Part shown: positions 13,101 through 24,596 of the stretch, one piece after another
How positions within the stretch are numbered: the stretch's first letter is position 1
How the letters are laid out: the number at the start of each line of letters is the position of its first letter
DNA from: Rhizaria sp. SCN 62-66
Lineage: Eukaryota
Reading direction: 5' to 3'
Assembly (NCBI GenBank): GCA_001724265.1
Contig: MEDY01000045.1
Span: 1-64,000, forward strand
Length of the DNA stretch: 64,000 nt
Notes under the pieces: generated by a model
The model's input: only the letters and a program-made list of their open reading frames with translations
Database searches by the model: none
What the model was told of the DNA's origin: nothing
Made by a program: the position numbers and the translations under genes

Positions 13101-16100
13101 GAGGAGGCCAACTGCCGGGACCCGCAGCTGCTGCATGTGCGCCGCAACGCGGTCGGCAGCGACCAGCCGCGCGCTCGCGGCGACGCGGGCAAGGACAAGC
13201 GCAAGACCGCCGCAAACGAGCAGCAGCAACAACAGCAGCAACAGCAGCTGCAACAGCAGCAGCGCGAGCGTGAGCAGCAGGAGCAGAGGCAGCGGCAGCA
13301 GCAGCAAGCGCCGGGAGCGCTCGCCCGCGGAACGCCGTCCGCCACTGAGGCTGCCGAGCGCGCCGCAGTTGCCGGCCGTGCTGCGCCTTCGACTGCATCT
13401 CCACAGGTTGCTAAGCAGCTGGCGCAGCAACAGCAGCAGCAGGCGCAGGCAAGCGCGCGCATTTCTGGCGCCAGTGCTACCGATGCTCGCGTTAGTACGC
13501 GCGCAAGCGAGAGTGCTAAGCGTGCTCGAGGTGTGCCTGGCTATGACAATAACGGCGCTCTTGCTGCCAACGGCAAGCAACAGCAACCTCTTCAGCCTCA
13601 GCAGTCCCAGCCTCAACAGCAACAACAACAGCAGCCTCAGCAGCAGCAACAGCAACAGCAAGGCCTTGATGCGTTTGATCGTATCGCCCGCGAGGAGTCC
13701 TTTACCGCTGCTGCGGGTGCCCGCCAGCACGCGCACGCCCACGCGCACATTGCAAAGGCGCAGGCTACGCCTGCAAGTGCCGACGCCGCTAGTGCTCGTG
13801 CTCAGAGCAGCGCTGCGGCGCCGCGCCTGTCGGACCCCGACCGCGACGTGCACGACACGCATCGCGACGAGGACGTGCTAAAGGCGCTCTGGGACGAAGA
13901 AGTCGCGCGCGACATGCAGGAGGCCATGGCGCGGGTGCCAACGCGCGCGCTCGGCGCCGCAGTGCCCGCCGAGCAGCCGCACATCAAGACGACAATTGTC
14001 AAGGTCAGCGAGTCGACCGCCGCCAAGCCCAGAGCGGCTGCCGGCGGTGATCAAGGCCAGATCGGCCGCGACACTGCGGCTGCAGCGGGCGCCTTAAGTC
14101 CCACGAGCATGCACGCACGCGGCCGCAGCCACGCCGAGCGCAGTCCGCCGCAGGTGCAGCTCGAGCAAGAAAAGCAGCAGCGCCAGCGCGAGCCGACTCC
14201 GCTCTCGATATCGGCCACGGCTCCCGCCACTGACGTCAGCGGCGGCGCCGCCGCGGGCGCGAGTCGCGTTTTTAGCGCGATTCCTGCCGAGAGCCCATCG
14301 ACGGACGCCGAGGTGCGCACGGCACACCACTCGCATCAACACCAGTACCGCGAGCGCGACCTTTCCCGCGAGCGCCAACGGTGGAAGATGATCCAGGATG
14401 CGATACGCACGCGCGAGCTAATGGCCCGCATTAACGGCAGCAGTGCGGACGCGCAGCCGTACGATCCGGCGGCCGTGCCTGTCACTGAGTACTCGCTTCC
14501 AGCTGATATGCCACCGAGCAGTATCAGCAGCACCAGTAGCGCCATAAAGCCCAAGGCGGCGGCCACTGCTGATGCCGCTAAAGCAAGTCACGCTCAGCCC
14601 TCAACTGCTGCTGCTGCGCCGCATGGCAGCTCTATTTGTCTCGACAAGGCTGCAGCTGTTGCTCCGAAGTCTCAAGACGTCAGCGTAGACAAGGCAAAGG
14701 CTGCTGCTGTCCCTGCCACCGGCATCACAGGAGCTGGTGTGAGCGCAAGTGACGGTGCGGCACGCGTGCTGCCGTTTTTCAAGAGTACCCTCGAAGTGAT
14801 TGAGCCTCGCACTGGCGCGCAGGCACAACCGCAGGCTCAGCCTCAGCCACAGTCTCAGGCACAGCCCCAGGCGCAGGCGCAACCTCAGCAGCAGCAACCG
14901 CAGCAAGCGCAAACGCAGACACAGCCATTTTCCTCTGCGCAGGCACCAAAGCCTGTTACAGTTGACGCCGCGCACACTAAGCCTGCTGGTGACGCTGCTA
15001 TGCCTGATATTGCTTCTGCTGCTGGCGCTGAGTCTAAGCCTGCCTTTGACATCGGCCTTCCCACTGGCGGCGTCGCGGCCGGCGCTAGCACCGGCGCGGG
15101 CGCGCGTCTCCGCGCAGCTACTAGTCACGCGTACGACACTGTGACGGACAGCGGCTACAACTACGGCTGCTACTGGAATCAGCCTGCCACGCAGCCGCAG
15201 TCAGAGCCTCGGATTGAGCCACAACAGCAGCAGCCACAGCCGTCGCAACAGACCCAGCCTCGGCCTCAGCCACAGCCGCAGTCCGCAGCAATGACGCAGA
15301 CTCAGCCCCAGGCCCCTGCACAGGCTCCATCCTTTGCGCCCTCGCAGACTCAAGCCCCTGCGCCGAAGGCTGCGGTTTACCCGAAGGTGCCTGCAACTGT
15401 GCCGGGCCAAGCGCCGACTTCTCAAACTCAGTCACAGAGCAAGGCGCCCGCACAGGTTCAGACTCCGGCTCATCCGCAGACACAAACGCAGCCCTCGACG
15501 GCACCTATGCAGCCGCCGCCGCAGCAGCAGCAGTCCCAGCCCCAGCCACAGCCCCAGTCTCAGTCCCAGCCCCAGCCCCAGTCTCAGCCCCCGTCTCAGC
15601 CCCAGTCTCAGCTCCCGTCTCAGCCCCAGTTTCAGCCCCCGTCTCAGTCTCAGTCTCAGCCCCAGTCTCAGTCTCAGCCCCCGGCTGCTGGCGTTGGGCA
15701 GATGCAGGACCAGTCCGACCAGGCTAGCGGCCGCGTTCTCGGCGACAACGGCGCTCGCGCGCACAGCAAGAGCGGCGGCGGCGGAAACGACAACTTAGGC
15801 AACACCGGCAGCATTGCGCAGTCGCCAGCCCAGCCTCAGGGCCAGCAGTCGCAGGGCTTCCCCGGCACTGGTTCTGAGCCCGAGCCCACCGGCAGCACGA
15901 AGAGCGCCGGCGCTATGAGCTCCAAGCCCGCTGCTGCCGGCACTGCAGCCAGCAGTGGTGCTGCTGGCGCTAGCAGCTCGAGCCCCAAGGCTAAGCCTGG
16001 CTCTCAGGCCGACGCTGGCGCAAGCACTAGTGCTTCAAAGAGCCCGCCTGGCGCTGGCACCGGTGCAGGCGCCGGCGCGAGCGCTCAAGATGGCGCGGGC

Positions 16101-19100
16101 GCGAGCACTGGCGGCGGCGGCGGTAGTGCTGCGAGCGGCGGGTTCGGAGAGGCAGCGAGCACCGTCACCGAGCCGTTGCCGCTGGACTCGCCCGCAGCGC
16201 ATAGCCACACTGCGGCAAGCCACCACGACGCGCCGGGCGTGCCGTACACACAACACAAGGTGTACTCGCGCACTGAGCTGCCGCAGTCAGAGCGCCGGCC
16301 GGACCAAAGCCGCAGCACAGCCGAGTTCCGGCTCGCCTCGGCCGCGGCCGCGAGTCCGGTGCGCACAGGCCCGCGGAGCAAGAGCGACAAGGACGGCGAG
16401 AAGCAGGAGGCCGCCGTGCACGCAAACGTGGTGAGCCGGGGCAAGCGCGAGCAGGCTGAGTTTGAGCGCGAGCGGCAGAAGCTGCTGCTGCAGCAACAGC
16501 AGCAGCAGGCGCAAGAGGGTGCAAGCGAGGAGGACCGTGAGCGCGAGCGGGAAGGTGACCAGGTGAAGGCAAAGGCCGGCGGCGAAAAGCCTGAGCGCGG
16601 GTACACCTACGTGTGCAGGATGCCTGACACGCAGTCGCAGCCGGAGCCCGCCCCATCGTCGAAGCACAAGCACACCGACTCGCTCTCGGAGGCGCACGCC
16701 CGCTCGCACTCGCTCTCACAGTCGCGCACGCGCGCCGTCGACACCACGCCGCTGCCCGCAATCGCGCAGCCGCACCCCGCGCTGGCCCCCAGCAGCTTCA
16801 GCAACCTGCCCGAGGCGCCGCAGACGCTGCCGCCCATGCGCCCGCCGGGCCAGGAAGCACTCGCGGCTGACCCCGCGCTGACGCGCAAGCGCTCTGCGTC
16901 CCCCGCCAGTCGCGGCCACGGGCGCAGCGGCAGCGACGACGGCGCGCTGGAGAGCGCCGGCGGCGACGGCAAGCTGCAGCGCGAGCGCCGCCAGCCCGGC
17001 GACTCGGCGCCCGTGGGCGAAGGCGTGCGCAACAGCATCAACGCGCAGGCGGCTGCGCTGGCGGCGGCGCGCGCGGAGGGCCGGCGCGCGGATGTGGCCG
17101 GGGCCATCGAGGAGCGCGAGCAGCGCAGGAAGGAGGCGTGCGCCGAGGGCACTGAAGCCGCGAAGAAGCTCGTGCCAAAGTTAAGCCGCTTCAACGCAGA
17201 GTACAACAAGAGCACCCTGGACCGTGACGACGCCACAGCTGCTGGTGCTGATGCGGCTCCGTGTGAGGGTGAGGAGGGCGCTGAGCAGCGCGAGCGCAGC
17301 GCGGCGCGCGGCGTGAGTACGTCCGACAGCAGCCAACAGTACGACGATGACCACGACGAGGACGAGGACAGCGGCACAATTAGCGACACGGACGAGAGCG
17401 ACAGCGGCACGAGTCGCAAGGACTCCGCGCTGCGCAAGCGCGCCCGCGACGCCGCGACCACGGCCTCCACCAAGATCGCGAAGCCCCGCAGCAGTCAGCG
17501 ACCGGCGCAGTCGGAGACAGAACGCCTGCAGGCCAGCGGCGCAAGCGGGCTGCCCGCGGACGCCGTGCCGTTTCCCTACCGGTCCTACTTTAGCAGCCCG
17601 CACCCGCGCAGCGAGGACTATAATAGCAGCACGATGGGCTGCCCGTCACCGACCGTAGCGCAGGGCGGCAGCATCGAGTCGCTCTCGGCGTCCTCGCTGT
17701 CGGCGCCGCGCTCGACATTCATCGGCTCTGCGTCCAACGCCGTGGCGAGCGCGGCGGGCACCGTGGGCGCGGTAAAGCCGCAGGTGGCGTTGTACGGCAC
17801 GCGGCAGCCGAGCCTCGAGCTGGAGAAGGAGCTCGCCGCGATGCGAGTCGCTCAGGCCAAAGCCGGCGCAGGCGACGGGAAAGGCGGCATGAGCGACCTA
17901 GAGCCGCAGGACAAGAAGCCCGACGCGTACGACGTCAACTGCCAGGAGTGGACTCAGCCGCTCAAGACTCCGCTCGGCGCCGCTGATGCTGCGGCGCATC
18001 ACTTGACTCCTGCGAGCAAGGCTGCTACGCAGAAGCAGCAGCCTAAGCGCGGTGAGGCCAAGGAGGAGGAGGAAGAAGGCATCGTGAGCAAGGTGTGGCA
18101 CGCGATGAGCGACTTCGCTAGCGGCTTTATCAGCGTCTCCAAGACTGCGACGGGCAACCTCGGCGCCGACGACCTCCACAACATCGCTGCACACAGGGAG
18201 AAGTCCCTCGGCGACGCCGACGCTGCTGCGCCCCGCGACGACGCAAAGGACGGCGAGCGCGAGCAGCAGCGCTCTCGCCCTTACACGATGAGCGACGAGA
18301 GCGGCAGCGCTGTTGAAGCTGCGAAGGCCTTTGTGATCAAGCCGCCCTCCGCCAGCACAAGCCACGCACTGCTGACCCAAGCCCTGCTGTCGCCAACCGA
18401 GACGCGCCAGCTCCAGCGCCAGCGCAGCGGCCCCAGCAGCGGCCTCAGCAGCAGCTCCAGCGGCTCTAACATCAACCGCTCTCCCTCGCGGCCGCAGTCG
18501 CGCTCTCAGCTCGCCAGCGCGACCGCGCAGTCGGCCCCCGTCGCCGAGGGCCGCGGCGCCAGTCTAGCACCCGCTGCGGCCACGCACGTGCCGCCGACTG
18601 TCACGCGCAACGTCGTGCCCGGCACGGCAGCGCCGCCGGCGGCGAGCCTCGAGCGCAGGCCGGCGGTGAGCCCCCGGGACAGGCGCGGTGAGGTCGCGCA
18701 GCTGGCTGCGCTTGGCCGAAGTAACGCTGACGCTGACGCCGACGCTCGTGCTGGCAGTGCGATGAAGCATAGCAGCGCTGCTGCTCACAGTCGCCCTGCC
18801 CACGGCCACTCCGCAGCCCACGGCCAGCACGAGTACGCCGAGCACGACGAGGGCTACGAGCGCCTGCTGTCGCCGCCGCCGCGCACCGCTGCGCACAGCC
18901 ACCCTGCCAGTACTGCGCCGATTTCTGTTCCGAAGGTGGACTCGATGTCCGACCTCGTGACCGCAAGCAGCGACACCAGCATTGGCGCTGCTGGCATCGG
19001 TGGCGCAGGCATCAGTGGCGCCGCTGGTTTGACGCAGCTGCAGCGCTCGCCGACCGACCCGTACAGCGCGCCGCGCCCGCTCTCGACCACGCCTGCGCTG

Positions 19101-20738
19101 AGCACGCCGGCCGACCAGTCTAAGGGCTTTAGCCCGTCGATGGCCCCGGCTAAGGGCCCAGGGGCGAAGCACCCGGGTCCGGACTCGCGCATCATGGAGA
19201 GCGAGTTCTCCGGCCAGCGCGCCGCCGACGTCACCGCTGCCCCGCGCCGCAGCGACTTCAGTGTTAGCGGTATCGCGGACCCCATGAGTCGCGGTGTGAC
19301 GAAGCCTGGTGCGAGTGCGCAGGCAAAGGGCGAGGCCGAGTATCACAACTTGATATCACAGACGCAGGCGCAGCGTGATCCGGCCGCCCAGTAGCACCAG
19401 CAGCTGCAGCAGCAGCAAGGCAGCCAGAGCAAGGCCCCGGGGCAGAAGCAAGTAGAGTCCATGGTCGAGCGCGCCGACCAGAGCGACAGCAAGAACGAGA
19501 GCGAGGGTGAGAGCGAGAAGGAGGGCGTGAAGCGGTTCAAGACCAAGGACTCACCCGACACTGGCCGCGCGCGCCCCAATCCCTCCGGCGTGAACGCGAA
19601 TATCAACGCCAGCAGCGCTAAGAGCAACACTACTAGCACTGCGCCTCCGTTGGTGTTGCCCCCGCCTGCATTCAGCAACAACAACAACATCACTGGCGCC
19701 GGCCCTATCGTTAGCAACATCAAGCCTGGCGCAAGCACCACTCAGAGCCGCCGCGCTGCGGTCAGTGCGACTGCTGCCACCAAGGGCGTCGGCAGTGACG
19801 CTAGCAGCAGCAGTGACAGCAAGGACGAGGACGCGGACGAGGGCTTGGAGGGACCCGGCCTGAATCTAAGTACCCACCCCAACCACGGCCAGCCGACCGC
19901 CTTCATGCGCGGCCACTCCTCCGCCAACACTGGCCCTGGCGCGAGCCGTAACGGCAGTGCGCCTGCAGGTGGCGCCGCTGGCACCGGTGTCGACCCCCGC
20001 GCCGGCAGTGACGTCGTGCGCTTCACCGCGCAGCAGCACCCGCGCTCAATCGACCGGCTCCAAGCACATCAACAGCAGCGACGCCAGCAACAGCAGCCGC
20101 AGCAACAAGATCACGAGCAGCCGCAGCCGCAGCCGCCTCAGCAGCAGCAGTCTACTCAACCACAATCACAGGCACAGGCGCAGGCCCACGCGCAGCCGCA
20201 GCCGCAGGCGCAGGCTCACGCGCAGACTCTGACTCCCGCCACGCTCAGCGCGGCGCCCGGCGGCGCTGCGAGTGCTCACGGCGCTGCCGCCGCCGCCGAC
20301 AGGCCGGGCCACCACGCGGTGCAGCTGGGCCGGTTTGACCTGGCCGAGGGCATGGGGCCGCAGCCGCGCGCGTCGGTCGCCGCGCAGCTGCAGCACCAGC
20401 GCGAGCAGCAGCTCGGCGAGCAGCAGCAGCAACAGGCTCCTGCTCAGGTTCAGGCACAGCAGCAGCACTTTGGCGCTGGCGCTCCAGCACGTGGCCACGA
20501 CCGCAGTCACATGGCTGACCAAGAAGAAGAGGAGGAAGAGGAGGACGGGCGCAGGGACGACCGCGCTGACGCTCACTCGACAGACACCAAGACCCACACC
20601 AATGCTAAGAAGATCATCAATGGCAAGGTTCCCAGTAGTGCTGCAACAGGCACTGGCATCACGGAGGCCTCTGGCAAGGACGTCAGCGGAGGGGGACACG
20701 TTAGGCCCGGACACTTAGCAGGTACGCGCCGACCTTAA
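10194..20738 (+). CDS. Giant single-exon low-complexity (Gln/Ala/Ser/Pro-rich) hypothetical protein, ~3514 aa, with one internal TAG
   Basis: ORF 10194..19394 ends at TAG. 22 open codons (HQQLQQQQGSQSKAPGQKQVES) lead in frame into ORF 19461..20738, which ends TAA followed by AT-rich DNA. No domain recognised. Confidence 0.75.
12642..12695 (+). repeat. 18-bp tandem repeat x3 encoding QQQQYG
   Basis: ca(a/g)cagcagcaatacggc repeated three times. Confidence 0.85.
15530..15680 (+). repeat. Degenerate 12-bp coding repeat (SQPQ/SQPP units)
   Basis: Repeated tctcagccccag / tctcagcccccg units. Confidence 0.75.
19392..19394 (+). other. In-frame TAG codon, apparently sense, in a Gln-rich context (GCC CAG TAG CAC CAG CAG CTG CAG CAG)
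   Basis: Flanked by CAG codons; the frame stays open for a further 1344 nt. Confidence 0.85.
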
Positions 20739-21592
20739 CTTAATGTTAAGCTGCAGCCTAGTATAATGTAATGTTTTGTATGTTTAGTGGTGTATGCGTT
20801 GTTTCGAATCACGTAAAAAAGTAACATTGCGTTCGTGGCACAAGTTTCACGCACGCAGCAAACCTATAGCTGTGTATTTCAAGTCTTGTTCAACTGTAAT
20901 CCAGTAGATAGCTTCAACAGTGAAAGTTGCGCAGGGAAGACGTAACTAACACGTTGTAGGCTTGTAATACGAGCTAAACAATGTGAATGTTTAACAAATT
21001 TATAGAATTTAAACGACAACTTTTTAGTTGAACGTGTTTTCTAAATCAACGACGAAAAACACTGTTGTGATCCCGCATTGTAATTTGTGCTTTATTTGTA
21101 CTGTTACTGCTATTGTGATAACAAAAGCGAAATGGAAAGCAAATCACAAAACAACTTGCATACTCACGCACACACAGGTGTTATTTCGATTGATTCAAAT
21201 TGAAGAAGCATTTTATTAATACAAATGCTTTTAAGAAAAACGAGATATCTCTTGTGTGTGTCACTGAGTGCGTGTTAGTTTGTGCTTGTTACTCTAGCTT
21301 GCACTTGTTACTCACTCGGGCATAGCAGCATCAAAACGCACTGATAGTTACAGAGACTGCTTGTTGTGTTTGCTAACGTCTTCAAAATCAAATGTGTTTT
21401 TATAATCTTTGCGTGCCTTGAGTAGAATCAGACGCAACTACGTGTCAAGCTGTGCCTGTTCGCATTGTCATCCAGACCGAAGACCAGTCGGAGCTGTCCT
21501 CTGTATCAACAGCAACACCCGCGAGCTATCAGACTGAAAACTCGGCACTTGCAAGTGCAACCCCTGGTGATACTAATCTTGCAGGTTTAAGC

Positions 21593-24040
21593 ATGCGTTT
21601 CACAACATCAGCACGACAGCGCAGTGCACTGCAGAAGCCATCCCGTCTCTCGGCGCCCAACACAAATCACACCGTCAATAGTAACACAAATACAGATACT
21701 GCTGCTGCAAGCAAAGAGAAGCTGGCCCGCGCTAGTCTCTGGCAGTCGCCGCGTTTTATCACAACCGCGACAACCGCAGCCAGAGCAACCGGCCCCGCGG
21801 CGATGCTCGCCGCAGCCACTACAAATGCGACTCCAGCAGCGGCAGCAGCCGCGTTAGCAGGGGGTCATCTGAGTGTAACAGCACCAAAGCCTACTGCAAC
21901 TGTGGTTGCTTCCCCGTTAGCCGGAGTGACGCTGCCTCCTCCTCCGTGCCCTCCTGTTGTGACCAAGGCCGGTGCTACGAAGTTGAAAAGAACGAATGAC
22001 ACAACATCAGAGAAAGCATCGACAGGAGCAGCACGCGCAGTTAGTGCAGCTTCAGTGACTGCTGCAGATGCTAAAGCAGCAGTAAACAATGAATCATTGT
22101 CGTATGTTGCGGCGACAGCAACAGCAATTCCGGCGTTAACTGAGCTGCCGAGTGTAAGTGTCGATGAGACTACGTTCTTTAGCGTCGACGACAACAACCT
22201 CACAAGCAGCGAGGCGGTGAGCAGCGGAAATGATAGTAACGAGCTTGTGTTCCTGACTTCTGAGCGCGGCGTTGCATTCAATCTGCTCAGCGTCACGACC
22301 ACCAACGGCGACAGCGGCGTCGACAGCGCCGAGAGTTGTGACAGCAGCAGTGTCAGCGCTGTCAGGGTGTTAACGCGCGAGCTAGGTCCTTACACTCTCC
22401 GGAGCCCGACTCCAGGTAGCTTTGCGCGCGCTCACTCTCGTGGCCACTCCGCTCACGGGCACGATCATGGTCTTGCCCATCGTCACTTCAACAACAGCGG
22501 ATTCTCAGCTGTAACAAAGACCGAAAGTGCAAACGTACTTGATGGTGCTAGCGGCAGTAGCGAAGCCGTTCAAAGCACGGACCGCGAGATCAGCGGCAAC
22601 AACAGCAGCAATAGCAACATCAAAATTACGATTAGCATTAGTAATGTTCGTGCCAACGGCAACGACCATGGCGACATCAATGCGCTCGGCCACAGCCGCA
22701 GCGACCCCCACTCGTACACAGGCCGCTGCACAACAACGTCGCAGCGGCAGCAGCAACAGCAATTGCACTAGCAACAGCCGGGACAGTGTGTCGGACTACG
22801 GCATGGACGCTTCCGCTCGCAGTGCCTTCAAGTGCAACATTTGCCTCCGCACGTACATCACCATCACCGTTGTCATAATCGCCAAACCATCCAATCTCCT
22901 TCTCAGCATCAGCCTAATCAGCAAGAGCTCCGTCGTAACCAAGATCGCGAGCAAGAGCAAGCAATCACAGACGAACAGCAACTCGAGCACGAGTTAGAGC
23001 GGGCGCTAGACCAAGAGCTTGACCAGGAGCTCAGCTTCAACTTAGAAAAGGGCCTTGTGCTAGAGCAGGGCCAGGGTCTGCGGCTAATGTTAGGCCAACA
23101 GCGACAACAGCGACAACAAGAAGACCAGACGCAGAGGCAGCTGCAGCAGCAGGGCCAGCGGCACCAGAGGCCGCACCCGAGCGCAACCGCGGGAGTGAGC
23201 AACATCTGTCGTGCACTCGGCTGTGAAGGCGACTGCTTTATGTTTGATTATCCCACAACAACATCGACGACAACAACTGCGACGTTGACAGGAAACAGCA
23301 GCAGCACAAGCAGCCTCGGCGGCAGTCCTGCTTACAGTCCTCCTTACGAGCACACGGTCGCTCACGGCCATCATCTTGCCCACGGCCACGCCCACGAGCA
23401 CGTTCACGGCCACGGCCACGGCCCTTATTACATTCACACTCGCAATCTCGGCCACGGTCGCGGTCATGATGTTGCTGCGGTCGCTGCTCAGAGTCGCAGC
23501 CCTTACAGTGACACGCACGACAACGATGACGATGACGACATTGAAGTCGAGAACGCACAGAGGACAAATCGTCAACAGGTGGCTGATACCAACGCCAAGA
23601 ACAGCAGTATTAATCTCGAGAATGTTGACGCCAGTGGCGATGGTACTGCGCAGCGCCGCGGATCAGCTGGACGTCAACACAGCCAAAGCCAAAGCCACTT
23701 GTACTATCACAACGACAATGACAGAAATAATTACCACACAAACGCAGACACTGAGAGCAAGCCCGATGCCCTAAGTCACAGTGCTACCAACGCAAACAAA
23801 AGCATGAACACAACCTCTGACACTGAGGGTAACAATTGTAACGGCTCCCGAGGCGATCGCGTGACTCAGACTCAGGCCAAGACCCCGCCTCAGCACAGCC
23901 AGAGCTTCAGCTTCGGTGCAAAACGGTGTCATCACAGTGCTAGTGAGCACTGCGGCTGCAGCACTAGCGGCAGTGGCAGCAACAGTAGCGGGAGCAACGA
24001 CGAGGATAACGACGGCCACGGCAATGAAGACCATTCATGA
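21593..24040 (+). CDS. Low-complexity hypothetical protein (Ala/Thr/Ser, Gln and His tracts), ~815 aa, with one internal TAG
   Basis: First in-frame ATG at 21593. ORF 21452..22771 ends QRQQQQQLH-TAG, then 20 open codons join ORF 22832..24040 in frame; ends TGA. Confidence 0.65.
22769..22771 (+). other. In-frame TAG codon, apparently sense, in a Gln-rich context (QQQQQLH*QQPGQ)
   Basis: CAA TTG CAC TAG CAA CAG; the frame stays open to 24040. Confidence 0.8.
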
Positions 24041-24596
24041 GCGAAGCAGTGCGGCCGGACAAATGTAACACACAGATCTGTGATGATAGCTCGAGAGGTG
24101 AAATCAAGCTCAAACCATAGTTTGTGGCAGCTTAGACATCGATATAAGTGAGACGTAGAGTGGTATCAGTGAACATCTATTGCGATATGAGTCAGGGTCT
24201 CCTTGCTGCGACATGCCTTTGTGGCGGGAGCCGGGGGGTGCAGTGATGCGCGACGATTACGAAATGATGGTAAAAGCAAGGTGAGAAATAATAAGCTCAA
24301 CAATCCGACAATAAAACAAGCATTAATGAAGAATATCGTATTTTTAGTTGCGAACTCAAAGATTAGCAAGTGGTAGAGGCAATTTGGCATATTGCTGAGT
24401 GACTTGTGGCTGGATCGCAAACGGCTCGTTGGGTAACGGACTGAGCTTGAACAAATAGACCCTGTCAGGCCATACAGATCACATATTCACGGCTTCTTAA
24501 AACAAGTTCTTATATAATGTATTCTAAATTGTTTGTGATTTCAATATCTTGCTTACTGACGGATTCCCCTGCTCGCCTGTTCCATTTTAGCTCGCG

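Noticed and set aside
19340-19460. In-frame TAGs explained as 3' splice sites or intron-contained stops
   Set aside because: Real introns here are 112-187 nt, AT-richer, with GTACG-type donors and pyrimidine tracts. None of these features surrounds the five TAGs.
22815-22870. Alternative-frame peptide AFKCNICLRTY resembling a C2H2 zinc-finger start
   Set aside because: No downstream His pair, and it lies in a shadow frame of the Gln/His-rich read-through gene.
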